DNA of 64,000 nt from assembly GCA_046290225.1 (NCBI GenBank), contig JBKAGE010000038.1:96001-160000 (forward strand). Direction: 5' to 3'. This DNA comes from Bradymonadia bacterium. GTDB lineage: Bacteria; Myxococcota_A; Bradymonadia; UBA7976; UBA1532. Below are positions 50,081 to 59,357 of the stretch, piece after piece. Made by a program: the position numbers and the translations under genes. Position 1 is the first letter of the stretch, and each line of letters begins with the position of its first letter. Below the pieces are notes generated by a model, which had not been told where the DNA came from, searched no databases, and was given only the letters and a program-made list of their open reading frames with translations.

Positions 50081-52317
50081 CGGCTGCTCTCACAGGTGCC
50101 ACAGGTGACCCCTGGGCGGGCAGGGACGAAGCTGCGGGTGGTGTGACACTCGTGGCAGTTGTCCGGGGAGCACTGGCCCACGTGGTTGCAGCTCTGGCTC
50201 GCCTGGGTGCCCTGGAACGTGTCGAGGTGACAGAAGCCACAATCGCTCGGCAGCCCACCGAAGACCCGGTTCGGGTGACAGTTGCGGCACTGCACGAAGC
50301 GGTGCGCGCCAGACAGCCGGAAGCCCGTCTGGTTGTGCAGGAACGTCGACGGCAAGAAGGCGTTCTGCGTGTGGCAGTTGTAGCACTGGGGCCCGAGGCT
50401 GCCGAAGTGCGGATCGCGGTGACAGTTGATGCACTCGGGGCCAGTGCCTGAGAGCGCCTTGCTGCGATCAGGGCCGTGGCACTCTTCACAGGGCAACCTG
50501 TCATGCAGGCCATCGAGCTTGAAGGCGCCGAAGTTGTGGTTCTGGGTGCTGTTCGTGGACCAGTCGGCGGTGGTGTGACACAGCGAGCAGTCCGACCCCT
50601 TGGTGCCCTTGTGGATGTCGAGGTGACACCCGTCACAGGTCTGGGGCAGCCCCTTGTAGTCGTTGTTGATGTGGCACTTGGTGCAGTCGACCTCGCGATG
50701 TTTGCCGTACAGGCGGTATTGCGTCTGCTCATCGTGATCGAAGTTGTCGACCTGCGCCCAGGTTTCAGGGGTGTGGCATGCGTCACATGCGCTGTTGAAC
50801 TGCCCCTTGTGGAAGTTCTTGTGGCAGTTGCCGCAGGCGGTGTCGATGGGCCGGTAGTGCCCCTGCTTGTGACAGGCGTTGCAGTCCACCACGGTGTGGC
50901 GCCCCTGCAGCTGGAACTGGCTGAGGGTGTGATCAAACTGCTGAATCCGCCAGCGCTCGAAGCCATTGTGACACCGATCGCATCCTGCCCCTTCGAACTG
51001 CCCGCTGTGGGTGTCGGTGTGGCAGAACGCGCAGTCTTGCAGCGTCTTCACCTCGGTCTCGGTGCCGTTGGGGTGGCACCGATAGCATGGCTGCTCGTAG
51101 TGACGCCCCTCGAGGGCGAAGCCGGTGATGCTGTGATCGAAGCGGGTCTTCAGCCAGCCCACGGGGGAGTGGCAGTTCTTGCACGGCGTCTCCCCGAAGG
51201 TGTCGCCGTGGGGGCTCTCGTCTTTGTGGCAGTCGCGGCACTCGCTCTTGAGGGGCTTGTACTTCCCCCCAGGGTGGCACTTCTGACACGCCACCTTGCG
51301 GTGCTTCCCCTTGAGGGAGAACCGGCTCATGGTGTTGTGGTTGAACTTGGTCCGCTTCCAGCCGGTCTCCTGGTGACACCGGTTGCAGTCGGTGCCGTCG
51401 AACTGCCTGCCGTGAGGGCTCTCGCTCTTGTGACACGTGGAGCAGTTGTTGTTCTTGGGCTTCCACTTCTCCCAGGAGTGACAATCCAGGCAGTCGGCCT
51501 TCTTGTGCTTGCCTCTCAACGCCCAACCGGTGGTGTTGTGCTCGAAGATGTTGGTCTTCTTGAAGCCCGAGGTGACGTGACACTCTTCGCAGATACGGCG
51601 GCCGAAGACCCCTGGGGGGTGGGGGTTCTTGTGGCAGGTGACGCAACCCGTGACCTCGATGGGCCCGAACTTCTTCTTATCGAGGTGGCACTTGTCGCAG
51701 TCCACCTTCTTGTGACGCCCTGTACGGGGGAACCGGGTCTCCCGCTCGTGGTTGAACTTCAGGTTGGCGTTGAGCTTGTTCCAGTCGAAGGTGTTGTGAC
51801 AGTTCTTGCAGTCTTTGAGGTTCACCCGCCCGATGGACTTGCCGTGGTACTCGCCGTGGCAGCCCTGGCAGTCTTTGGGCGCCCCGAGGTAGGAGTCGCG
51901 GTTGCTCCCGGGGCGTTTGGCGGTGTGGCACTCCCGACAGCCCACCCCGACGTGGCCCCCGGTCAGGTTGTACCCCGTCTGCTTGTGGTTGAACTTGCGC
52001 TTGTCGAGGGGGGTGATCTCGTGATTGCGCCCCAGGTGCTCGCGGTGACACGCGTTGCACGGCACCCCTCGGGCCATCCGGCCGTGGTACCCCTGCCCTC
52101 TCTGCATGCGCTTGTCGATGTCGCGGTGGCAGTCGAGGCACTTGGTGTTGGGCACCCCCTTGAACTGCACGTGACACGTGGTGCACTTCGCCGATTTGTC
52201 GAGGTGGGCGTGGGGCCGCGACAAGGGCAGCGGATCGCTCGAGGCGAGCCCGGGAACCAGCAACACCATGATGCAGGTGAGCAGGAAGAGGAGGTATCGA
52301 GAGCCGATGAGAGACAT
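50077..52317 (-). CDS. Multiheme cytochrome c, 30 CxxCH motifs in about ten triheme repeats
   Basis: Likely start ATG 52317 (MSLIGSRYLLFLL signal peptide); 30 CxxCH counted by hand; repeat FxH..T.F.L.G.H...CxxCH...CxxCH...H...CxxCH. Confidence 0.93.
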   Translation of the reverse strand: MSLIGSRYLLFLLTCIMVLLVPGLASSDPLPLSRPHAHLDKSAKCTTCHVQFKGVPNTKCLDCHRDIDKRMQRGQGYHGRMARGVPCNACHREHLGRNHEITPLDKRKFNHKQTGYNLTGGHVGVGCRECHTAKRPGSNRDSYLGAPKDCQGCHGEYHGKSIGRVNLKDCKNCHNTFDWNKLNANLKFNHERETRFPRTGRHKKVDCDKCHLDKKKFGPIEVTGCVTCHKNPHPPGVFGRRICEECHVTSGFKKTNIFEHNTTGWALRGKHKKADCLDCHSWEKWKPKNNNCSTCHKSESPHGRQFDGTDCNRCHQETGWKRTKFNHNTMSRFSLKGKHRKVACQKCHPGGKYKPLKSECRDCHKDESPHGDTFGETPCKNCHSPVGWLKTRFDHSITGFALEGRHYEQPCYRCHPNGTETEVKTLQDCAFCHTDTHSGQFEGAGCDRCHNGFERWRIQQFDHTLSQFQLQGRHTVVDCNACHKQGHYRPIDTACGNCHKNFHKGQFNSACDACHTPETWAQVDNFDHDEQTQYRLYGKHREVDCTKCHINNDYKGLPQTCDGCHLDIHKGTKGSDCSLCHTTADWSTNSTQNHNFGAFKLDGLHDRLPCEECHGPDRSKALSGTGPECINCHRDPHFGSLGPQCYNCHTQNAFLPSTFLHNQTGFRLSGAHRFVQCRNCHPNRVFGGLPSDCGFCHLDTFQGTQASQSCNHVGQCSPDNCHECHTTRSFVPARPGVTCGTCESSR

Positions 52318-52388
52318 CGGCGCACATACTACCCTGATCTGCCGGGAGAGTGGACCTCGTTTATGCGGCTCTTTTTCGCAGCGGCTGT

Positions 52389-54431
52389 TCAGTTGCCGAC
52401 GCGGTACACCAGAGACAGCACGATGTGCATGGCCAGGGCCACGAACATCACGTTGCTCGAGACCACGTGCACGATGCGGTAGCGCCTGAGTACGCGGGTC
52501 ATGAGGGCGTGGCGGGCGATGGAGCGCTCGAGGCGGGCGCGCTCCTTGAGCAGCACCAGCATGTCGTGGGCGTCGCCCTCGTTGATGCCCGCATCTTTGA
52601 GCTCGTCCATGAGGTCGAGCACCTTGCTCTTCTGCACCCGATCTTCGCTGGACAGCTGAGCGATGCCCGCCAGCAGCTGCTTTGCCTCGTCGGTGCTGTA
52701 GCCCGACTGGTCGAGGCGCAGCATCTCGTCGATGCGCATCATCATCGTGTGGCCCACGGCCTTGTTGCTGAAGAGGCCCTGCATCTCCTGGTTCAGGAAC
52801 TGGATCTGAGTGCGCAGCTCTTCGAGGGCCATCATCTGCCCCGCCTGGCTGCGGGGGATCAGATAGATGATGTAGCGACCCACGATGCCGGTGACGATGG
52901 CCAGCATCATCGTGGCAAAGGCAGCAATGGAGACGAAGCCGTGAAAGTAGAAGGCGGTGTGGAAGAAGCCGTATATGCCGCCCAATATGCCGGTGAAGAT
53001 GTGCAGCTCCATCCAGACCTGCACGCTGCCCATCTTCGGGGCCACCCACTTGCCTAATTTGTAGAGCTGCGTGGCGACGCACAACCCGCCCCCCACGTAT
53101 CCGAGGGCGTGGCTGAGGAAGTCACCGGGCCGGAAGGGCGTCAGCGGATCGATGCCCTCTTTGAGGAACCCTGCCTGATGCAGCAGGGTGGTGAACGTGA
53201 GCTCGGGCCAGTGCAGGCGGCCGAAGCACTCCCAGGCCACCGCCAGGGTGTTGAGCAGGGTCATCACCACCCAGAAGAACCGCCAGCCTCTGACGTTCCC
53301 CTCTGGAGAGACCACGTCGCTGAAGCCCGGCGCGTGGTGCACACTGAACTGCTGCCAGTGATCGAAGATGTCCTGGCCGTCGACCTGGAACATGGCCCCG
53401 GTGGGGCAGGCGGTGATGCAGGCCTGATCATCGTAGCCCGTGCAGTTGTCGCACTTCTGGGCGATGTTCTTGCCCTTGGCCTCCGGATCGCGGTCGGGGA
53501 AGTAGCGATCGATGTCGAGATCTTCCACCGAGTGCATGCGGATCGCGTCGAAGCTGCAACCCCGAGCGCACATGGTGCAGCCGACGCAGTTGTCGTCGAT
53601 GACGATCTCCCGCGTCTCTGGGTGAATGCTGATGTGGCCGAACTTGCACTTGTCGATGCACTCCGGCACCACGCAGTTGTGACAGTTCGCCGGGATCTCG
53701 GTGAGGCCGAACTTCACCTCGCTGGGACCGAGACGATCGGTGCCGTGACGATCACGGCAAGCCTCGTAGCACCCGTCGCACTCGATGCAGATGTCCATGC
53801 GCTTGATCTTCACCCGACGGGCGAAGGTAAGGCGCTCCTGCACGATGAACTGAGAGATGTTCTTGCGAAAGTCGTCATCAAAGCGGGTCTGCTGACGCTC
53901 AGTCACGCCCCGGATCGACTCGCTCACCACCTCACGAAAACCCGCTTCCTTGCGCAGCAGGTAGTTGATGTCGGTGTAGCTGAGCTTGAGGACCTTCGCA
54001 GGGCACATGGCCTTGAGCACGACCTTCTGAGTGTCTTCGGTGATGAAGAGCTTCTCGATGAAGGCCTCACCCACGGTGAGATAGTTCACGATGTCAGGGC
54101 CAGGGAAGCCCCGATCGTGCCGGCTCACGTTCACGTCACCGAAGATGACGACAAAGACCGTAGAGGCGTCGTCCTTGGCGCTGGGCGGCGCGTCGTAGAG
54201 CACGTCGCCTCGGGCGAGCTCCACGTGCTCCACCCGAGGGGCGAGGCGCTCGAGCAGGCCCCGCTCCAGATGGCTGAAGGGGCTGTGCTGGGCCAGAAGC
54301 TCCGCGGTGACCTCCACCGGGGCGTTCTTCTTGCCCTTACGGCCACGCTTCGGTGCCGCCTTCTTTGCTTTTTTGAGCTTGAGGGGCTTCTTGGCGCCGG
54401 ACTTGCGCGGGCTGTTTTCGGTGACACTCAC
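52389..54431 (-). CDS. cNMP-binding-like domain + four [4Fe-4S] ferredoxin motifs + multi-TM domain with His residues
   Basis: HSPFSHL..LARGDVLY..VFVVIFGDVNV..VGEAF; CIECDGCYEAC, CHNC..PEC...C, CVGCTMCARGC, KCDNC...ACITACP; TM region with WMELHIFTG, GFFH, RIVHVV, AMHIV. Confidence 0.85.
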   Translation of the reverse strand: MSVTENSPRKSGAKKPLKLKKAKKAAPKRGRKGKKNAPVEVTAELLAQHSPFSHLERGLLERLAPRVEHVELARGDVLYDAPPSAKDDASTVFVVIFGDVNVSRHDRGFPGPDIVNYLTVGEAFIEKLFITEDTQKVVLKAMCPAKVLKLSYTDINYLLRKEAGFREVVSESIRGVTERQQTRFDDDFRKNISQFIVQERLTFARRVKIKRMDICIECDGCYEACRDRHGTDRLGPSEVKFGLTEIPANCHNCVVPECIDKCKFGHISIHPETREIVIDDNCVGCTMCARGCSFDAIRMHSVEDLDIDRYFPDRDPEAKGKNIAQKCDNCTGYDDQACITACPTGAMFQVDGQDIFDHWQQFSVHHAPGFSDVVSPEGNVRGWRFFWVVMTLLNTLAVAWECFGRLHWPELTFTTLLHQAGFLKEGIDPLTPFRPGDFLSHALGYVGGGLCVATQLYKLGKWVAPKMGSVQVWMELHIFTGILGGIYGFFHTAFYFHGFVSIAAFATMMLAIVTGIVGRYIIYLIPRSQAGQMMALEELRTQIQFLNQEMQGLFSNKAVGHTMMMRIDEMLRLDQSGYSTDEAKQLLAGIAQLSSEDRVQKSKVLDLMDELKDAGINEGDAHDMLVLLKERARLERSIARHALMTRVLRRYRIVHVVSSNVMFVALAMHIVLSLVYRVGN

Positions 54432-54444
54432 CGGCGCCCCCGAA

Positions 54445-56133
54445 TCAGAAGGGCAGGATGATGCAGAAGCCGGGGCTCATCGGATCGAACTGGAGGCACG
54501 CCTGGCCGGGCTGACACGGCAGGATGTGGTTCTCCGGAGGCTCGAAGAAGTCTGCGGGATCGCGCTTGATACAACTACAGTTACCCCCCAGTGAGGGATC
54601 GAGTGCGTTGGGCAAACATTGGGCGCCCGGATAACAGACGCTCACGCCGCCTTCCCCGTCGCACGTGGCGTTCACTCCGTCATAACACTGCCCAGTGGCC
54701 ACATTACAACGATGGATCATCGGATCGGGGCAGTCAGCGTCGGCGTTGCACCCGGGATCACAGCGACCGGTGTTGATGTTGCACTCGGATCCCATCTGGC
54801 ACTCGGTGCCACGACAGGGGGCGGCGACGCAGGCCTGGCCCTCGCACGCGAAGCCCGCCATGCAATCAGAATCCTGAATGCACTGCACGCACTGACCGAC
54901 GAAGCAGATGGGGGTGTTGGGATCCTGCGCCTGGCAGTCGACGTTTTGCACACAGCCACCCATGGGGGCTTCGCCGCAGGTGTTGTCCATACGGCAGACC
55001 TCACCGGCGTCGCAAGGTACGTCGGGGCCACACTCGGCGCACTCGCCGGTGGCGGCGATGCAGGCTGGGGTGTCGCCCCCGCAGGTGCCACCACAGGCGT
55101 CGCAACGGCCCGACTGGGGCTTGCAGAGATCATCTTCACAGACATAGCCGTCGCCACAGCCTGCGCCACAGGGGGCGAGGCAGAAGCTCTGGGGATCGCC
55201 GTCGGCGAGAGGGGCGCAGCTCAGGCCGTCCTGGCAGCCCTCGGGGCCGGTGCAGGCGCCGCACACCGCGGCGGGGGCGTTGCAGTTGCCATCGAGGCCG
55301 CAGATCTCGCCCGCACCACAGCCGTTGAGGAAGCAGCCCTCGCAGCGGTAGGTGAAGGGTACGCACTGAGTGAGGGTGGCGTCACAGCGGAAGCCCGAGG
55401 GGCAGGCCTCGGCGTCGGCAGGATCACAGGCGCTGGTGCAGTGGGCGTTGGCGCCGAAGCCGGTGCACTCTGCCCCCTCACCGAGGCCAGCACAGTCGTC
55501 GACCCCACGACAAGGAGAGCAGAGCTGGGCGTCCTCAGGGTTGATCATGCCGCCAGCGCCGCCAATCTCACCGCCAGCGCCGGCCATACCGCCAGCGCCG
55601 CCTTCACCACCGGCCATGCCGCCTTCGCCACCGGCGCCACCAGCGCCGCCGATGATGCCGCCGCCGGCGCCGCCCATCCCGCCGGCACCACCCACGGGAC
55701 AATCGGTGCCACAGACGCCACCGCAGCACTGGTAGCCCTGGCCGAGATCACTGCAGTCAGCGCCGCTCTGGCAGCTGATGGCGGGATCCGCGCAGGAGAA
55801 GCGGAAAGGACCAGTCTCGAGACAGACCGGGCGCTCGTCGGGACAGATGCCGCTGGCCCCTTCGGGCACGTCGGCGCACTCCTTGGCGCTGCAGCTCTGG
55901 GTATCGAGCAAGCAGGTTCGCCCTGTGCCGGAGCACGCGTTGATGCTGGCACACGACTCGGTGGTGCAGCTGCCGCCGTTGCACACCTGCCCGCGGGGGC
56001 AGGCCAGATCGTTGGCGCAACCCGCCGCCTCTTCGCTGTCATCACAGCCGACGAAGGCCAGGCTGCTCAGCAGGAGCATGGCCCCCAGCGTCAGACCGTC
56101 AATGGTGCGCCGCAGCGCAGAGCGTTGTTCCAT
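54445..56133 (-). CDS. Cys-rich repeat lipoprotein with Gly/Ala/Met linker
   Basis: Lipobox FVGC; dozens of C-x-x-D-x-x-C / CxxGxxC modules; 13-bp gap to the downstream gene. Confidence 0.8.
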   Translation of the reverse strand: MEQRSALRRTIDGLTLGAMLLLSSLAFVGCDDSEEAAGCANDLACPRGQVCNGGSCTTESCASINACSGTGRTCLLDTQSCSAKECADVPEGASGICPDERPVCLETGPFRFSCADPAISCQSGADCSDLGQGYQCCGGVCGTDCPVGGAGGMGGAGGGIIGGAGGAGGEGGMAGGEGGAGGMAGAGGEIGGAGGMINPEDAQLCSPCRGVDDCAGLGEGAECTGFGANAHCTSACDPADAEACPSGFRCDATLTQCVPFTYRCEGCFLNGCGAGEICGLDGNCNAPAAVCGACTGPEGCQDGLSCAPLADGDPQSFCLAPCGAGCGDGYVCEDDLCKPQSGRCDACGGTCGGDTPACIAATGECAECGPDVPCDAGEVCRMDNTCGEAPMGGCVQNVDCQAQDPNTPICFVGQCVQCIQDSDCMAGFACEGQACVAAPCRGTECQMGSECNINTGRCDPGCNADADCPDPMIHRCNVATGQCYDGVNATCDGEGGVSVCYPGAQCLPNALDPSLGGNCSCIKRDPADFFEPPENHILPCQPGQACLQFDPMSPGFCIILPF

Positions 56134-56263
56134 AGGAGCTCATCCTCATCTTGAATACCGCGCTTCCTCGAGGTGACCGGGGGCGGTCAGCCTTGAAGAC
56201 GGCGCAATATAGGATAGGGGTGGGGCTCGGAGCAAAGGCCCCGTGATCACATTGAAGGAGAGC

Positions 56264-57712
56264 CTACGCGCGCAGGCCCGGGTGAAGAAAATCCAAGCCG
56301 GTGATGGGCTTCATCATCTCCCGGATGAAGCGACGCTCCCGGGCGAGCTCGCGGTAGCCGTTGCGCAGGGCAAGGCTGAGCTTCCGCTCTTCGGGCACAA
56401 GCTCGAGAGGGCTGAGCACATGCCTGAAATTCTTGGTAAACCCGGCATATCGGGCGTTGGACGACACCTGAGGACGGATCAACCGCTGCAGCGGGTGCGC
56501 CATGAGGTTGCGGGTGAGTTGAGGCGCAAAGCAATCCATGGCCAGGATGAAAGCGTTCTGCGTGCCCACATCACCGCGCTGCACCGACTCCCAGGCCACG
56601 CGGCTGGGCACGTTGTTCACCACCCCGCCGTCCACCAGTCGGTTGATGCCGTTCTGCTCCAGCAGCTGCGACATCAGGGTGTGCATGTGATCATCCTGGC
56701 GCCAGATGTCGTAGTGGATCAGCGCCGGCACGGCAGAGGAGAAGCCCACAGCGTCGACGACGTCGAAGCGCCGCGTCATCTCGTCTCCGCCGATGACCAC
56801 CTCTCTCAATCGAGGGCGCTTCACCAACTCGGCGATGACTGCAAAGACCCGCCGTAGCTGGCGGCGGATCACAGAAGGCGACACCTTCTGCTGCTCCACC
56901 ACCTCGTCCATCAGGTGCTCGTAGTAGTCGAGATCCCGGCTGAGATCCCCCTTGCCGATGCCTGCAGCCACCACCCGCATGGGGATGCCGAGCTCTTCCA
57001 TCCAGAGGGCCCGCTCGCCGCTCTCGTGCATGAAGTGGCGGCCGATCCCCTTGCGCAGATAGAGCCGGAGCGAGGCCGGCACCCCATAGCGGCTCGCCGC
57101 CGTAGGCTGCATGAAGACCTCACGAAATTTAAGTCCCCGAGCAAGCTCGTAGGCCTCGTCGAGATCGAACCGACGGTGCCGTGCCCGGAACAAGCTGATG
57201 ATCGAGCCCATGGAAGTACCCACCAACAGCTTGGGCACCAGCCCCATGTCGTCGATGAGCTTGAAGGCGCCCATGTACACATAGCCCGATCCGCCTCCAC
57301 CACCAGCGACGGTGATCAACGCCTTGCGACACACTTCGTGGTCGAGGGCTGCGGCGGAGACGCGCTGCTGCTGGTCGACGATACGCTTTCGCGTACGATC
57401 GGTGATGGTGTGCAGAACAGGCAGCGCCTCACGAAGCGTTCGCCAGTCGATGGCGCCTGGGGTCTCGAGGAGCAGGGGCTCAAGGACTTCGACCACCCGG
57501 GCATGAAACTCGTCGAGGGCCCCTTCAAGGTCGACGGTGCGCCCCTCTTCAGGCACGCACTCCACCCGAGCGAGATTCAACGCATACCGCAGCGCAGCAG
57601 CCTCACGAGGGGCGAGGCGATCAGGGCGCTCCACGAGGCCCCGAACCACGGCGACCTCCATGTGCTCCAGGGGGTTGATGCGCTCGAATCGTTTGTCGAG
57701 GTTGATGGTCAC
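56264..57712 (-). CDS. Patatin-like phospholipase
   Basis: AGGGGGSG, GTSMG, SSAVPAL, DGG; GTG 57712 after GAGGA. Confidence 0.9.
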   Translation of the reverse strand: MTINLDKRFERINPLEHMEVAVVRGLVERPDRLAPREAAALRYALNLARVECVPEEGRTVDLEGALDEFHARVVEVLEPLLLETPGAIDWRTLREALPVLHTITDRTRKRIVDQQQRVSAAALDHEVCRKALITVAGGGGGSGYVYMGAFKLIDDMGLVPKLLVGTSMGSIISLFRARHRRFDLDEAYELARGLKFREVFMQPTAASRYGVPASLRLYLRKGIGRHFMHESGERALWMEELGIPMRVVAAGIGKGDLSRDLDYYEHLMDEVVEQQKVSPSVIRRQLRRVFAVIAELVKRPRLREVVIGGDEMTRRFDVVDAVGFSSAVPALIHYDIWRQDDHMHTLMSQLLEQNGINRLVDGGVVNNVPSRVAWESVQRGDVGTQNAFILAMDCFAPQLTRNLMAHPLQRLIRPQVSSNARYAGFTKNFRHVLSPLELVPEERKLSLALRNGYRELARERRFIREMMKPITGLDFLHPGLRA

Positions 57713-58018
57713 TGATCCTCGAGGTGAGAAAAGTACACAAACATTTACAGGATCAACGACCTCTTCAGTCCAGCATTTTACACGTTCACCACAACTCGAC
57801 CCACCCTCGGGCACCTCGGCCCGAAGTGGATCCGGGTCGAGGCTCGCCAGCCTCAGCAAAAATATTGGGCGAGAATGTCAGAGTTCGACCTTCCATCTCG
57901 AACCACAGCTCAGGGACACGGTGAAGTTGCTCGATTGACGTGTCACAACCCCAAAGAGTGTTGGGGACACAACCCCGAAAGCACTTCCGAATACACGAAT
58001 ACATGGAGTGCTGTTTTG

Positions 58019-59299
58019 ATGAAATCCGCTCGCATTTTTCTCTCTTCGATCGTGGGTGCTGGTCTATTGGTCTGCCTTGGCGCTGGGGTGAGCCACAGTG
58101 GCACAGTCTCCCCGGGTGATTGTGCGCCAGGCCGTGATACTGGTGCTCGGCAGCTTGTGCACAGTTACCTGACGGGGCAGAAGAACCGTCACACCTCAAA
58201 GCTGTTGGTGACCCCACAACGTAAGCTCGAGCTCGGTGGTCGTCTGCGCGCCAAGGTCACAGAGCAAAAGTTCGCCTTCGTGAGCGTGCCCTACTTCTCT
58301 TCGAAGGGTGTAAAGCTGACAGTCCGTGGCGGCATGAGCAAGAAGGCCGATGGCTTCGTCATCGAATACGCGCTCAAAAAGTCAGCCCGAAATTGGAGCC
58401 GTTTCAGCGCTGGCGATCTGGTAGTGACGAAGTGTTACCGGTTCAACCAGGCAGGCAACCCCACCACCGCCTTCGAACTCAACCCTGCAGGTGTGGCCAA
58501 CGTAAAGCCCGGCCGCGTGCTGGTCAGCTCGTTCGCGAAGCGGGGCTTCACGGCTGACATCATGCTCAGAGAGAGCGGTGGGCGGGGGAAGCCACACACC
58601 TCGGCAGGTGGCGGCCGCAGTGACAATGGGGGTTCACGCGGCCAGAGGCCTATGAAATCCAGCGGTTACTACTTGCCCCTCCCCTGTGGCACCACAGCAA
58701 GGATCACTCAGGGCAACAACGGGGGCTTCTCCCACAACAACACCAAGAACCAGTACGCATTCGATTTCGGGATTGGTACGGGCAAACCGCTGATGGCCAT
58801 GAGGGCAGGCACTGTACACGCCGTCTATGATGGCACCCGGCCAGGGGACCCCTGTTACAACGGTGGTGATAAATCCTGCTACAGCAAGGCCAACTATGTG
58901 GTCCTGAGCCACGATGACGGCTCGAGATCCATCTACAAACATCTCAGCCGGGTCGATGTACGCAAAGGCGTTCGGGTTCGCCAGGGCCAACAGGTCGGAC
59001 TGTCAGGCTCTACAGGACAGTCGACGGGGCCGCACGTACACATCATGCGCCAGAAAGCGTGCTCGGGGCTGGCCACGAAATGCCATTCGCTGCCTTTGAA
59101 GTTCGAGGACGTCCCGGGCGGGGTACCCAAGAAGAACGATCGCGTCACCTCGGGCAACTGCCCTGCAGGCCAGCGCACGTCCGGCGCCAGCGCAGGTGGG
59201 CGCAACACTGGCGATGGCAACCGCGCGAGCGGTGGTAGAGCCAACAATGGGCGCCGCAAGAGCAACAACACACGCCGCGGCCGTCGCAAGAACCGTTGA
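58019..59299 (+). CDS. Secreted M23-family metallopeptidase
   Basis: Signal peptide; SH......YAFDF, ANYVVLSH, YKHL, GLSGSTGQSTGPHVH; basic Gly/Arg/Asn tail. Confidence 0.9.
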   Translation: MKSARIFLSSIVGAGLLVCLGAGVSHSGTVSPGDCAPGRDTGARQLVHSYLTGQKNRHTSKLLVTPQRKLELGGRLRAKVTEQKFAFVSVPYFSSKGVKLTVRGGMSKKADGFVIEYALKKSARNWSRFSAGDLVVTKCYRFNQAGNPTTAFELNPAGVANVKPGRVLVSSFAKRGFTADIMLRESGGRGKPHTSAGGGRSDNGGSRGQRPMKSSGYYLPLPCGTTARITQGNNGGFSHNNTKNQYAFDFGIGTGKPLMAMRAGTVHAVYDGTRPGDPCYNGGDKSCYSKANYVVLSHDDGSRSIYKHLSRVDVRKGVRVRQGQQVGLSGSTGQSTGPHVHIMRQKACSGLATKCHSLPLKFEDVPGGVPKKNDRVTSGNCPAGQRTSGASAGGRNTGDGNRASGGRANNGRRKSNNTRRGRRKNR

Positions 59300-59357
59300 G
59301 GCCTCCCCACAGCCAGCCCTCACAGCCCCGCTGAGCAGCGCTCATTGTCGGCCCAAG

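Noticed and set aside
52318..53082. 255-aa N-terminal extension of the multiheme ORF
   Set aside because: Overlaps the Fe-S membrane gene in another frame; the signal peptide begins at ATG 52317.
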